Below are positions 46,152 through 57,101 of a DNA stretch of 64,000 nucleotides, piece by piece (the first letter of the stretch is position 1; each line of letters opens with the position of its first letter). The notes beneath the pieces were generated by a model. It had not been told where the DNA came from, ran no database searches, and saw only the letters and a program-made list of their open reading frames with translations. Location of the stretch: positions 199,414 to 263,413 of the IMG/VR virus record IMGVR_UViG_3300046513_000221, one strand, 5' to 3'. Position numbers and translations under genes: made by a program.

Positions 46152-48995
46152 TTACTGACAGGCTTCGCATTCCTCGAAGCCGGGGTCGCCCGGACGCATG
46201 TAGCATGCGGCACCGGCGTCAGCCTCACCTGCACCCGGAACAGCGACAGGAGCCGCTGCGACAGGTACATTGGACTGTACCGCGTTCAGTTCACCGCCCC
46301 GGCCAGTCGATTTCTCGGCGGAGGTAGCGGAGGTGGTACGCAGGTAGTAGGTGGTCTTCAGACCGCGCTGCCATGCCAGCTTGTAGGTGGCATCCAGCTT
46401 CTTGCCGGAAGCACCGGCCATGTAGATGTTGAGGCTCTGCGCCTGATCGATCCACTTCTGACGGCGAGCTGCCGCCTCGATCAACCATTCCGGAGCGATC
46501 TCGAACGCCGTTGCATAGACGTCCTTGATGCTCTGTGGGATGCGGCTGATCTTCTGGATCGAACCGTCGTAGAACTTGATGTCCGAGATCATGACCTCGT
46601 CCCACAGGCCCAATTCTTTCAGGTCGGCAACCAGATAGCGGTTGATGATCGTGAACTCGCCGGACAGGTTCGACTTGACGAACAGGTTCTGGAAGGTCGG
46701 CTCGATGCACGCCGATACGTCGATGATGTTACTGATCGTCGCGGTCGGAGCGATAGCGAGGCAGTTCGAGTTGCGCATGCCGTGGTACTTGATGCGCTGA
46801 CGCAGCTCGTCCCACACCGATTCGCCGTAGAAGCTGTCGGTGTTGATGGTCAGGTACTCGGCACCGCGCTCTTCGGCCAGCAGACGCTGGGAGTCCTGCG
46901 GCAGAATGCCCTTGGACCACAGCGAGCCTTCGAACGTGAAGTAGCGACCGCGCTCGATAGCCATGTCGCACGACGACGAGTAGGCGTGGTACGCGATCAT
47001 TTCAGTCGATTTGTCCGCGAACAGGACGGCATCTTCCGAAGCGTACGGGACGTGCATCATCTGCAAGCAGTCCTGGAAACCCATCATGCCCAGACCGACA
47101 GGGCGGTGGCGCATGTTGGAGTTCTTTGCCTTCTCGACCGAGTAGAAGTTCAGGTCGATGACGTTGTCCAGAATGCGCATTGCAGTCTTGACGGTCTTCG
47201 CCAGTTTCGACTCGTCGATGTCGTACACCGGTGCGCCGGTGATGGCATCGTTGCCGATCTTGATCATGTGAGCGACCAGATTGACGGAGCCAATGTTGCA
47301 TACGGCGATCTCGTCGGCGCTGGTGTTCAGGGTGATCTCGGTACACAGGTTCGAGCTGTGAACGACGCCCATGTGCTGCTGCGGCGAACGGATGTTGCAC
47401 GGATCCTTGAAGGTGATCCATGGGTGGCCGGTCTCGAACAGCATCGACAGCATCTTGCGCCACAGATCGACGGCCTTGACGGTCTTGAACAGCTTGATCT
47501 CGCCGGTCTGCGTCTTGCGCTCGGCGTTGGTGTAGGCGGTCTCGAATGCGCGACCGAACAGATCGTGCAGGTCGGTGACGTCGGAAGGCGAGAACAGGGT
47601 CCATTCACCCTTCTCCATGACACGCTTCATGAACAGATCGGGGATCCAGTTCGCGGTGTTCATGTCGTGAGTACGACGGCGCTCATCGCCGGTGTTCTTA
47701 CGCAGGTCGAGGAATTCCTCGATGTCGAGGTGCCACGTTTCCAGATAGGCGCAGACAGCGCCCTTGCGCTTGCCGCCTTGGTTCACGGCGACGGCGGTGT
47801 CGTTCACCACCTTCAGGAACGGTACGACGCCTTGCGACTTGCCGTTCGTTCCCTTGATGCGAGCGCCCAGCGAACGAACTGGAGTCCAGTCGTTGCCCAG
47901 ACCGCCAGCCCACTTCTGCAAGCGAGCGTTGTCGTGGATACCGTCGTAGATGCCGTCCAGATCATCGCTGATCGTGGTCAGGAAGCACGATGCCAGCTGC
48001 GGACGCGTAGTACCGGAGTTGAACAGCGTTGGGGTGGAATTCATGTACTCGAACTGCGACAGCAGGTCGTAGAACTCGATGGCGCGAGCTTCGCGGTCGG
48101 ACTCGTTCAGGGCCAGACCCATAGCCACGCGCATCCAGAAGATCTGCGAGGACTCGTAACGAACTTCTTCCTGATGCAGGAAGTAGCGGTCGTACAGGGT
48201 TTGCAGACCGATGAAGCTGAACTGCGCATCGCGTTCCCACTTCAGGGCCGCTTGCAGACGGTCCAGATCGTAGGTTGCCATTGCCGGTTGCAGCATTTCC
48301 AGCTTGACGCCCAGCTCGATCGATGCGCGCAGCACCTGATCGCGTTCCGGTTTGTTCAGGTGGAAGAAGACTTCCTTGTGGATGTCATCGGCCAGCAGAC
48401 GTGCAGTCACTTGATTGTACTGCGGCTCGGTCTCGATGAAGCCACGAGCGGCCATCAGGACAGCCTTGTCGATCTCGGCTTCGGTGACGCCGTTGTACAG
48501 CTGCTGGTACATCACATCGAAGATGGCGTCCGGGTTAACGTTGTCCAGACCCTTGCAAGCGTCCTTGATGCGGATGCGCAGGTAAGCGGTCGATACGATA
48601 CCCTCGGTACCGTCGGTGTTGATCATGCGCATCTTGATTGCGCCGCCGTTGTCGTGGCCCACTTCGCGCTCGGCGCGGTGGCGGTTGCGGTAGATGACGT
48701 AGTCACGTGCCACATCGTGCAATGCGGAGCGCATCATGTACAGTTCGACGGTGTCCTGCACGGTCTCGATGTTGACGGCGGTCAGGCCGGAGCGTTCGCA
48801 GGAGGCTTCCAGATGTTTGACGATGTCGATGGTCAGGGTAGCTGCCAGTTCGCGCTCGCCTTGCGACAGGACGCCAGCGCTGTTGCGCAGTTGACCATCG
48901 GCATCCTTCAGCATTGCTTGCAGGATTGCGTTGGTGATCTTTTCCGCTGCGAAAGGCACTACGTTACCATCGCGTTTGATAATCTTATCCAGCAT
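46152..48995 (-). CDS. nrdA: Ribonucleotide reductase class Ia alpha subunit (N-terminal ATP cone)
   Basis: IIKRDG, TPTLFN, ASC, SNLCTEI, APTATIS, TTYY, CEACQ. Confidence 0.97.
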   Translation of the reverse strand: MLDKIIKRDGNVVPFAAEKITNAILQAMLKDADGQLRNSAGVLSQGERELAATLTIDIVKHLEASCERSGLTAVNIETVQDTVELYMMRSALHDVARDYVIYRNRHRAEREVGHDNGGAIKMRMINTDGTEGIVSTAYLRIRIKDACKGLDNVNPDAIFDVMYQQLYNGVTEAEIDKAVLMAARGFIETEPQYNQVTARLLADDIHKEVFFHLNKPERDQVLRASIELGVKLEMLQPAMATYDLDRLQAALKWERDAQFSFIGLQTLYDRYFLHQEEVRYESSQIFWMRVAMGLALNESDREARAIEFYDLLSQFEYMNSTPTLFNSGTTRPQLASCFLTTISDDLDGIYDGIHDNARLQKWAGGLGNDWTPVRSLGARIKGTNGKSQGVVPFLKVVNDTAVAVNQGGKRKGAVCAYLETWHLDIEEFLDLRKNTGDERRRTHDMNTANWIPDLFMKRVMEKGEWTLFSPSDVTDLHDLFGRAFETAYTNAERKTQTGEIKLFKTVKAVDLWRKMLSMLFETGHPWITFKDPCNIRSPQQHMGVVHSSNLCTEITLNTSADEIAVCNIGSVNLVAHMIKIGNDAITGAPVYDIDESKLAKTVKTAMRILDNVIDLNFYSVEKAKNSNMRHRPVGLGMMGFQDCLQMMHVPYASEDAVLFADKSTEMIAYHAYSSSCDMAIERGRYFTFEGSLWSKGILPQDSQRLLAEERGAEYLTINTDSFYGESVWDELRQRIKYHGMRNSNCLAIAPTATISNIIDVSACIEPTFQNLFVKSNLSGEFTIINRYLVADLKELGLWDEVMISDIKFYDGSIQKISRIPQSIKDVYATAFEIAPEWLIEAAARRQKWIDQAQSLNIYMAGASGKKLDATYKLAWQRGLKTTYYLRTTSATSAEKSTGRGGELNAVQSNVPVAAAPVAVPGAGEADAGAACYMRPGDPGFEECEACQ

Positions 48996-49082
48996 GTCTT
49001 ATTCCTTCAGAATTGGAAGAGGAGAGCCGACAACCGGCCCTCCATTACTACGGGTACTATCTTGTTACGGTGATACGGGATA

Positions 49083-50123
49083 TCAGTCGTCCCAGTCGTC
49101 CAGCTTACCGCCGACCTGATAGTCAACGACGCGGGTCTCGAAGAAGTTCTTCTCCTTCTTCAGGTCGATCATCTCCGACATCCACGGGAACGGGTTCTCC
49201 TCGCCGGGGAACATCGGGTCCAGACCGATCTGCAGCAGACGGCGATTGGCGATGAAGCGCAGATAGCCTTTGAACATGCTAGCGTTCAGGCCCAGCACGC
49301 CGTTCGGCATGGTGTCCTCGGCGTACGCGTACTCCAGATCGACCGCCTTGGTAAACAGGGTGCGGATCTCGGCGACGAACTCGGCGGTCCACAGGTGCGG
49401 ATTCTCCATCTTGATCGTGTTGATCAGGTCGATGCCGAAGTTGCAGTGCATGGACTCGTCGCGGAGGATGTACTGGTACTGCTCGGCAGCGCCAGTCATC
49501 TTGTTCTGGCGACCCATCGACAGGATCTGCGCGAAGCCGACGTAGAAGAACAGGCCTTCCATGATGCATGCGAAGACGATCAGCGACTTCAGCAGCTTCT
49601 GGTCGTTCTCCATTGTACCGGTCTTGAAGGCCGGGTCAGTCAGGGTGTCGATGAACGGGATCAGGAACTGGTCCTTGTCGCGGATCGACTTGACTTCGTT
49701 GTAGGCGTTGAACAGCTCGCCTTCGTCCATGCCGAGCGACTCGACGATGTACTGGTAGGCGTGGGTGTGAATTGCTTCCTCGAACGCTTGGCGCAGGAGG
49801 TATTGGCGACATTCAGGGGCCGTGATGTGACGGTAGGTACCGAGCACGATGTTGTTTGCTGCCAGCGAGTCGGCGGTGACGAAGAAGCCGAGGTTGCGCT
49901 TGATGATACGGCGCTCGTCGTCGGACAGGCCGTCCTTGCTCTTCCACAGCTCGATGTCGCGCTGCATGCTGATCTCTTGCGGCATCCAGTGGTTCGCGCA
50001 GCCGTTCAGGTACTTATCCCATGCCCACTTGTACTTGAAAGGTACCAGTTGGTTGACATCGGTCTGACCATTGATGATGCGCTTGTCAGCGGCGTTCACT
50101 CGCCCCAAGTTGCTAGTTTCCAT
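49083..50123 (-). CDS. nrdB: Ribonucleotide reductase class Ia beta subunit
   Basis: [35 protein letters not shown]. Confidence 0.97.
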   Translation of the reverse strand: METSNLGRVNAADKRIINGQTDVNQLVPFKYKWAWDKYLNGCANHWMPQEISMQRDIELWKSKDGLSDDERRIIKRNLGFFVTADSLAANNIVLGTYRHITAPECRQYLLRQAFEEAIHTHAYQYIVESLGMDEGELFNAYNEVKSIRDKDQFLIPFIDTLTDPAFKTGTMENDQKLLKSLIVFACIMEGLFFYVGFAQILSMGRQNKMTGAAEQYQYILRDESMHCNFGIDLINTIKMENPHLWTAEFVAEIRTLFTKAVDLEYAYAEDTMPNGVLGLNASMFKGYLRFIANRRLLQIGLDPMFPGEENPFPWMSEMIDLKKEKNFFETRVVDYQVGGKLDDWDD

Positions 50124-50167
50124 ATTGCTTCCTACGGATGGAGGGACAACAAACTCCCTCCTGTTGA

Positions 50168-50218
50168 TAAAAGAAATAGACCCATACGGCCTAGGGTATT
50201 GCTAGGCGGCATGGGTCT
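50168..50218 (-). terminator. Terminator-like hairpin in the nrdB leader
   Basis: Minus AGACCCAT..CCTAG/CTAGG..ATGGGTCT followed by ATTTCTTTT. Confidence 0.55.
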
Positions 50219-50449
50219 GTGTGGGTTCCCGGATGAAGATCCAGGAGATTTATCTTGTGTCTAAATAGTAGTTTGGATCGTCCATCCCACTGCCAGACAC
50301 CGAATGCTTGAAATTCATCATCGCTGGTAAAGGACTTTCTCCTTCCAGCGTATTCTTTGTATGTCTGGAACTGTCTCTCCGTTAGTAATTTTACTATATA
50401 TTATATAATAAAATTTAATTACAACCTTAGTGTAATTTATTGTACACTG

Positions 50450-50462
50450 CTATAATATATGA
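50450..50462 (-). promoter_or_regulatory. Early promoter core (CATATATTATAG)
   Basis: Same 12-mer as at 40244. Confidence 0.6.
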
Positions 50463-50527
50463 ATGATGAATTTGTTAAATAAAAAACCTCGGTAGTGGAT
50501 TATTCTCCACTACCGAGTTTATTTTTC

Positions 50528-51073
50528 TTACGCTACTGCCTTCAACTGGTCGAAGCAGCTCATGTGATACAGCTTTGCGACCACCTGCTTCTCGCTAAGT
50601 GTCGGATCGGACACCATGATCGCGTTCAGCTTCAGGAGGGTCTCGACACGTTGCTTACCAGCCTCGTTGTCGCAGCAGGAGATCACGGTCTTGAGTCGTT
50701 CCTCGCAGATGGAGTTGATGCTGCGGCCATCGTCCATCTGACAGGAAAGGATGTCTTGATTGCGCCAGAAATCTCCGGTGCAGTTGAGGTAGTCGTTCTC
50801 GCGATCGCTCAGACGGATCATCTGCGATGCGAGTACATTCTTGCGAATCTTGGAGCCGAAGCGCTTGAACGAGAACACATGGGCGCTCAGTCCAACGGTC
50901 ATCGGGCGGAGCTGTTCAGGCCAGCGTTCCTTCGGCAGGACGGCACGGGTGGCCTCTGCCACGGCGGTGGACAGGTTGAAGGGCTGACCGTGCGCCATCT
51001 TTGCACGAATCTTGGTGAGAGTGGTCGCGACGAGCTTCGAGTATTCCTCGTCGGTATAGTTGGTCTTATCCAT
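50528..51073 (-). CDS. Hypothetical protein
   Basis: 181 aa ORF. Confidence 0.7.
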   Translation of the reverse strand: MDKTNYTDEEYSKLVATTLTKIRAKMAHGQPFNLSTAVAEATRAVLPKERWPEQLRPMTVGLSAHVFSFKRFGSKIRKNVLASQMIRLSDRENDYLNCTGDFWRNQDILSCQMDDGRSINSICEERLKTVISCCDNEAGKQRVETLLKLNAIMVSDPTLSEKQVVAKLYHMSCFDQLKAVA

Positions 51074-51137
51074 TGGTTTTTACATGGTTTCTGGGTTGAA
51101 GAATAGGGGATGCCGGTGAGGGCATCCCCATACTCGA

Positions 51138-52157
51138 TTAGCGCATCGACAGACGCTTCTGACGGCGAGCGTCGAAGCACTCGCGGATCAGCTCTTCCTT
51201 ACCCTTTGTCATGAAGCCGAGTACGCTCAGGGTCTCCATCAAGGAGTACTGGGCGATTGCCTCGGACATCAGCATCTCCGGACGGTACTCGATGCTCTCG
51301 CTCATGACGCTGATGGTCTTGGCGACCTCACGCAGAACGGAACTACCGGTTGCCTGACGGTACAGTTCGCGGTTGGCATGCTTGCTGAACTTGTTGGCCG
51401 TCGCATCTTCCGCCAGATAGGTCTGCAGGTCGATGATATCGGTCTCTTCTTTCAACACGCCGAGCACGATGCCTTCCACCTTGTCGGCGCAGGTATCGAC
51501 GAAGGCCTTGTAGGCGGCTTCACTGATGTTACCCTGCTCCTTGTCCTGACCCTTGGCGATGTCGCCGAAGGACAGAAGATTGTCCAGATAGTTCTGGGTG
51601 TTGTAGGTCGCTTGGTCGGGGTTGTCCGACATCTTCACGTTGGTGCCGATGACGGTCGGAGCACCGAACGGGTTGCAGCTGGAGGCCAGACCGATAGCCA
51701 TCTGCGATGCCGAGACGGTCTCGGTCTCGCCGAGGTTCAGCACCGAGCTACGTGCATACAGGTCGCCGACCTTCATCGAGATCGCAGGATCCTTGGTCAG
51801 GTAGCTGGAAGCAGCGGCCTTCATGTTGGCGAATGCTGCACCACCGGACATGACGTCGGCCTTGTTGTCCACCGGCATTGCGCGGTAGGCGATCTGGGCG
51901 ACCATCTCGGTCAGCGATTCCAGGAACGCGTTCTTGCGAGCAACGTTGGCCTCGCGGCGCTGTACGGCCTTGCTCTTGATAGTGGTGAAGGTGGACTCGC
52001 GCAGACCGTTCTGGTAACCGGACTCACGCTCACGTTCGCCCTGAATCAGAGCGTTGCGTCCCTCGTGCAGCGACTGAGCGGCCTTGGCCTTCAGTGCGGT
52101 CTGACGTGCATTGAAAAACGGTTTTACGACGCCGCCAGTCGGATTCTTGATGCTCAT
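51138..52157 (-). CDS. Late virion/prohead-core-like protein
   Basis: Late promoter 52201-52212 (minus AACA cctgat TA); several L-x-E sites. Confidence 0.55.
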   Translation of the reverse strand: MSIKNPTGGVVKPFFNARQTALKAKAAQSLHEGRNALIQGERERESGYQNGLRESTFTTIKSKAVQRREANVARKNAFLESLTEMVAQIAYRAMPVDNKADVMSGGAAFANMKAAASSYLTKDPAISMKVGDLYARSSVLNLGETETVSASQMAIGLASSCNPFGAPTVIGTNVKMSDNPDQATYNTQNYLDNLLSFGDIAKGQDKEQGNISEAAYKAFVDTCADKVEGIVLGVLKEETDIIDLQTYLAEDATANKFSKHANRELYRQATGSSVLREVAKTISVMSESIEYRPEMLMSEAIAQYSLMETLSVLGFMTKGKEELIRECFDARRQKRLSMR

Positions 52158-52210
52158 AATGCTTCCTTATCGTTTTAAAGGAGTTGGAAAGGAGTAATGC
52201 TAATCAGGTG

Positions 52211-54757
52211 TTACAGGTATTCCAGCGTGATGTCATACCGGAAATCGTTACCCTGATCGTCCGAGCCGCTGATCTTCTTGACCGTGAGGAACTCCGGTAC
52301 ATAGCTGATCTGGTTGAAGCTCGTGTTTGCGTTCGCCTCGACGTTCTGGATGTTGGCGTTGTTGACCGAGTACAGCTGGATGTACGCAATGATCGGGAAA
52401 GCCTTCTCCAGAGATGTGATCAAGTTCGAGGTCGAGAAGCGTTTATCGAGGGTACTGTTACAGTTCTCGATGAACGACACGATCGCTTTCTTGATGTCGC
52501 CCTCCAGCGAGGCAGACTGAACGCCGCGCAACTTGATCTGGAACTTCAGACGGAGATCTACGATATCCGACGAGAAATTCTTGCTGATACCCATCGTGTT
52601 GAAGAACTTGACGTCCAGTTCGGTGTTATTCTCCAGAAGCTCGGTAGCATCTTTCAGCGCTCCGAACAGTTGGAGGATCGTGGACATCATGTCCTTGTTG
52701 TACTTCTCGTTGTAGTAGAAGTTGCCGTTCACCAGCGGCACGCGCTCGACGACCACGTTGCCGGTGTTCTGGTTGATGGTCACAGGGCAGTAGACCAGCT
52801 CGGAAACGTCCTCGGCAAAGCCGATCGTGTCCAGACCAGTGTACTCGACGATAGGCACATCGTCCAGCGAGTTGAAGGAGCCGTTGTAGACCCCGATGTC
52901 GATGGTGTAGTCGCCGCTCAGTGCGATCTCCGGGATGATTACCTCCGGCGCGTTCGGCTCGTAGAAGGTATTCTCCACGATGTACTGACCGCGCGAGTTG
53001 AACGAATCGCTCGTGTTCACGTTCAGATAGTAGACGGTCGAGTCAGGGATGCTGCTCATCTTCGCCACACCGATCAGCTTGCCGTTCTGGTTGATCTTGG
53101 CGACCAGCACGAGGTTGCTGATGTCCTTCACATCGGTCAAGACGTTCAGGGTGATCTTGAACTTGTCCAGATCCACGAGGTTATTACGCTGAACGTTGTA
53201 GCTCGTGATGTTGATCTGGTTGGCCGTGTCGTAGTTCACCGCGTTCAGCTTGGCGTTGACATTGATGTCCTTGGAGTACGTGGTCACGTACGAGTTGATC
53301 TTCGGGAACTCCTCGAAGTCCAGGTTCATCAGGAACGGGGTAGTGAACACATACGAGTCGTTGTTGTACAGGTACGGGTCAGGGATCTCGTTCGACTTCA
53401 GCAGACGGTAGCGCGACGACTCGCGGTCGTACACGATGATCGAGCCGGGAGCAATCGAGAACTTACGCTCGGTAAGCTCATCGAAGGGGATCTCCAGACT
53501 GACCGTGTTGGTCGGGATGATCTCACCGGACGACAGGCGCATCAGCACGTACATCGAGTAGATGCGGCGGAAGAAGTCGTCCCGGACCTTGATGGTCTTC
53601 ACTTCGAGGTTCGCCCGGATACGGCTCTGCTTCAGGTCGCGGAACAGCGTGTCCAGATCGTACTCGGTGATGTAGGACTCGCGGGTACGCAGCTTGTCGA
53701 TCAGAGCGATCTTCGATTCCTTGAAGTTCAGCTGGTTCGAGCCACCCGTCACACCGGCGTCCGGCAGATTGTGCAGCGTGTAGCCGATCGGTTCGAGGAA
53801 GCTGTCCTTGATGGTAACGTTACCGAAGTACGGGAAGTTACCCGCCAGACCTTCGGAGGTCAGCAGCTCAACCTGAATGCGGGAGTTGAACTCAGGACGG
53901 AACTTGGCGGCACCGGTAGCGAAGTACACACGCAAGGTCGAGTCATTCACCAGTGTGTAATACGCGTACTGAGGGACGGTAGGCTCGTCGGACTCGTTGA
54001 AGTACATCGTCAGGTCCGACCACACGGTCGGGGCGCTGACCTTATCAGCCGGTGTCTGATAGCCTACCTTGAAAGCGACCAGATTCGAGCCGAAGTTGAT
54101 GTCGTACAGCGAGCGCTCCAGAATGTCGTTGGTCAGGACATCGTACACCACCTTCTTCTTGCGGAGCTGGTAGATGTTGAACGTGATCGTGGCGTTGACG
54201 CCGTCGATCAGTACCGGCAGGTTCTCGGACGTGATGAACTTATCATCGTAGTTGGTCGTCGAGGTCGAGCGGTTGTAGAACGCGACCACGGATGGGATCG
54301 TACCATTGAACTTGGCGTGGATCTCGATCTCGTGCGGCAGCATGAAGTTCAGGCCACCGATGGTGAAGTTCGTGTCCTTGGTCAGCTTGAAGACCCGGTA
54401 GCCGCTGGCGGTGTCGCCGGAGCTGGAGATGCTGGAGGTGGACATCAGCTTCTGGATGTTGATCGTCAGCGCGACGTGGGTCTGCGACGGCTTCGCAAGA
54501 GCGATGTTGTAGTTCAGGATCTTCGCCCAGTTGTAGAGCGAGTTCTTCAGCGATGCGGAGTTCAAGAAGAACTCCTTGTACAGCATATTCCGGTGGAAGG
54601 TGCTGTCCTTCGCAGTGTGCGACGTGATGCCGGTGATGTAGCCAAACATACCGGTCTTAGCGGTCGAGATGTCATCGATGTTCATGAAGCTCGCCGCCAT
54701 AGCGAGGAACTTCTCATCGTAGTTGTAACTCACCTCGGAGATATTATTCTCTGCCAT
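52211..54757 (-). CDS. Baseplate wedge protein (T4 gp6/gpJ-like)
   Basis: EFFLNSASLKNSLYNWA..Y..AKPS; VYFATG; GLAGN; ITEYD. Confidence 0.7.
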   Translation of the reverse strand: MAENNISEVSYNYDEKFLAMAASFMNIDDISTAKTGMFGYITGITSHTAKDSTFHRNMLYKEFFLNSASLKNSLYNWAKILNYNIALAKPSQTHVALTINIQKLMSTSSISSSGDTASGYRVFKLTKDTNFTIGGLNFMLPHEIEIHAKFNGTIPSVVAFYNRSTSTTNYDDKFITSENLPVLIDGVNATITFNIYQLRKKKVVYDVLTNDILERSLYDINFGSNLVAFKVGYQTPADKVSAPTVWSDLTMYFNESDEPTVPQYAYYTLVNDSTLRVYFATGAAKFRPEFNSRIQVELLTSEGLAGNFPYFGNVTIKDSFLEPIGYTLHNLPDAGVTGGSNQLNFKESKIALIDKLRTRESYITEYDLDTLFRDLKQSRIRANLEVKTIKVRDDFFRRIYSMYVLMRLSSGEIIPTNTVSLEIPFDELTERKFSIAPGSIIVYDRESSRYRLLKSNEIPDPYLYNNDSYVFTTPFLMNLDFEEFPKINSYVTTYSKDINVNAKLNAVNYDTANQINITSYNVQRNNLVDLDKFKITLNVLTDVKDISNLVLVAKINQNGKLIGVAKMSSIPDSTVYYLNVNTSDSFNSRGQYIVENTFYEPNAPEVIIPEIALSGDYTIDIGVYNGSFNSLDDVPIVEYTGLDTIGFAEDVSELVYCPVTINQNTGNVVVERVPLVNGNFYYNEKYNKDMMSTILQLFGALKDATELLENNTELDVKFFNTMGISKNFSSDIVDLRLKFQIKLRGVQSASLEGDIKKAIVSFIENCNSTLDKRFSTSNLITSLEKAFPIIAYIQLYSVNNANIQNVEANANTSFNQISYVPEFLTVKKISGSDDQGNDFRYDITLEYL

Positions 54758-54778
54758 TTTGAGCTTTCGATTATCGTT

Positions 54779-55867
54779 TTAGAAAAGATTCTTGATGCTT
54801 CCGAGTACTGAGGAAGACTTGGTTACGTCATTCTGGTCCGAACCCGGCATAGCCAGACGGTACAGAGAACGGTTGTTTGCCTTGTCAAAGCTGTTCGGGA
54901 TCTTGATGATTCGCGGACGATCATCATTCACCTTTATGGTATCCGGGTTCTGCGAGCTGCTGCCGGTGTAGAACTTACCGGCTGGCTGTTCGATGTCTGC
55001 ACGCGATGCAAGCAAGTTGAAGTCGCGGAGAACCTCCAGCTTCATCTCCTCGCGATAGGTGTAGGCGTACTCGATGTTGATCGTGGACTTGATCTCCTGC
55101 TTACCGCCATCCTCCGAAGTGAACTCGGACCAAGGAAGCTTGGTAGGCAGAGCGCCGGTGACCCGGTTCCAGTGGGTAAGGGTCTCACCGTCCGGAAGGG
55201 TGGAGAACATGTAGATCGACACAAGGTAATCGACGGTACGCTTGGCGTTGTCCATCAGATCCTTGGAGAGTAGTACGCCTCCGGAGATGCACTCGCCGAT
55301 GAAGCACTTCTCGATGTACTCGAACCACAGCTTGTGCATCCGGAGCATGGTCGTCCACTGATCCTCCATCAGGTTGATGGTCATGGTACCCGCGATGCGC
55401 GAGTCCTTGCCGGTCGTACCGAGGATGATCTTGTATTTATTCCACGTCTCGCTATAGTCCATGGTGTTCATTACCTCGTCGGCGGCCATGAAGCTGGCGG
55501 CGCGGTTGGTGATGATCGGGAGGAACTGGTCGCCGTGGGTGCCTGACAGCCACGAGATGATGTCCGGGGTGTAGATGGTACCTTCTTTGAGACCGAGCTT
55601 CCGCTCATTCTGATCCAAGATCAGCTTGGCTGCACTGTCAAACGGTTGCAGTGACAGCGATTTCTGACTGATAGCCAGATCGGGGGCCGTCATGAAGATG
55701 TAGTGATACCCGGTGATGAGGGGATCCTGAAGCGGCTTGCGGAAGCGGTGATAAGTCTTCGCCTCATCGCTAAGCGTGTTCAGGTAGTCAAGCTCTTCCC
55801 TCTCTTTTTCCGGAAGAGAATCCAGATATTGTTGGAAGTCATTGACTGGACTTGACGGATTTGCCAT
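54779..55867 (-). CDS. Tail tube-like virion protein
   Basis: YIFMTAPDL, W..Y, G..PT..P pattern of tube folds; late promoter. Confidence 0.5.
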   Translation of the reverse strand: MANPSSPVNDFQQYLDSLPEKEREELDYLNTLSDEAKTYHRFRKPLQDPLITGYHYIFMTAPDLAISQKSLSLQPFDSAAKLILDQNERKLGLKEGTIYTPDIISWLSGTHGDQFLPIITNRAASFMAADEVMNTMDYSETWNKYKIILGTTGKDSRIAGTMTINLMEDQWTTMLRMHKLWFEYIEKCFIGECISGGVLLSKDLMDNAKRTVDYLVSIYMFSTLPDGETLTHWNRVTGALPTKLPWSEFTSEDGGKQEIKSTINIEYAYTYREEMKLEVLRDFNLLASRADIEQPAGKFYTGSSSQNPDTIKVNDDRPRIIKIPNSFDKANNRSLYRLAMPGSDQNDVTKSSSVLGSIKNLF

Positions 55868-55904
55868 TTTGATTCCTTAAGCATTGGTCTTATTACTTCT
55901 CAGA

Positions 55905-55974
55905 TAATAAGTTGTTGACCGTCGATCCAATACGCGGTCCAAGGAGCTTATTGCGTTAATTGAACATTCCGTTA
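55905..55974. promoter_or_regulatory. Divergent late promoters
   Basis: Minus AACA acttat TA (55905-16); plus AACA ttccgt TA (55963-74). Confidence 0.7.
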
Positions 55975-56015
55975 GATGACTCACTTTAAGTACCTTTATC
56001 CAACAAGGAAGAAAC

Positions 56016-57092
56016 ATGGCAAACAATTCCGTTGTGGCCGATACTTTCGAAGCAATCATTTCGAATATCGCCAAAGCAATTCCCAACAAAGTCCGCACTG
56101 CAGTGGGCTTTGGTAAAGTGACCGATATCAACAAAGCATCTGGCACCAACATGCTGGAGCTGTATGGTATCTGCTCCGACAACATCCCTTCGAGTGCAGC
56201 GACGCTGATCATCAAGGCGTTGGAGACGAAGTATGGCAAGATCGTCTCGGAACTCGCGACCGAGATCATCGCCAAGTCCAGCAACACCGGTGAGGCCATC
56301 GACAAGCTGAAGGACACCCTCGGCAACAAGGGCCACCTGAGCGCCCTGAACAACCCGGTTGCATCGGTGGTCGATCACGCCGGTCTGTCCGAGACCACCA
56401 TCGGCGACCTCATGTCGAAGGTGGTGTTCAATGAGAGCACCCTGTCCGGTGGTCTGAAGAAGATCAACGAAGGCGCTGGCGACCAACTTAACGACTCGAT
56501 CCAAGCATCGGTCTTCAACATCACCCCGCTCGATCGCAGCAACAAGGATGTCACTGTCAGCTTCGGTGTCCGCGTGAGCATGATGACTGTCGAGTCGCAC
56601 AAGCTGGTCGAGAACTTCGGCTCGGTGCGTGACCGCTCGATTCTGTTCAACTACATCAAGCTGCGTGCCGGTGTACTGCCGTTCTGGAAGGGCTTCGTTG
56701 CCAACCTGAACGAGATCGACAAGGACATCAAGCGCGCCACTAGCGACGACCTGAGCGACCGCGTCCTGAACGACATGAACCGCAAAGGCGGCTTCCTGAT
56801 GCCTCAGAAGCTGTCCGGCCTGTCCGAAGCCAAGTACTTCATCGTCATGCTGGAGCAGACTGATGTGGACTCGCTGAAGTCGCAGTACAACTTCGACATC
56901 AAGAAGCCAGCTGCTCTGCAGCTGCTGTTCAAGCAGTACAACATCCTGTCGCTGGTGATCGTGGACTCCAACAAGAAGTCCATGCGCATGTTCGACAGCG
57001 ACAACCCGCTGAAGGGCACTGTCTACAACTACACCAAGACCTCCGAAGAGGACATGAGCTCGGTCTTCTCGGCTCTGGCCCGTCGCAACTAA
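56016..57092 (+). CDS. Virion (head) structural protein
   Basis: Late promoter; FNE/INE sites. Confidence 0.6.
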   Translation: MANNSVVADTFEAIISNIAKAIPNKVRTAVGFGKVTDINKASGTNMLELYGICSDNIPSSAATLIIKALETKYGKIVSELATEIIAKSSNTGEAIDKLKDTLGNKGHLSALNNPVASVVDHAGLSETTIGDLMSKVVFNESTLSGGLKKINEGAGDQLNDSIQASVFNITPLDRSNKDVTVSFGVRVSMMTVESHKLVENFGSVRDRSILFNYIKLRAGVLPFWKGFVANLNEIDKDIKRATSDDLSDRVLNDMNRKGGFLMPQKLSGLSEAKYFIVMLEQTDVDSLKSQYNFDIKKPAALQLLFKQYNILSLVIVDSNKKSMRMFDSDNPLKGTVYNYTKTSEEDMSSVFSALARRN

Positions 57093-57101
57093 GGAACCGA
57101 C

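Noticed and set aside
46011-49073. 1020-aa plus-strand ORF and similar long antisense ORFs (16146-18557, 22182-24275, 52184-54811, 55986-58148, 4018-5394, 7676-9133)
   Set aside because: Shadows of real genes caused by strong codon bias (few antisense stops); no motifs or RBS
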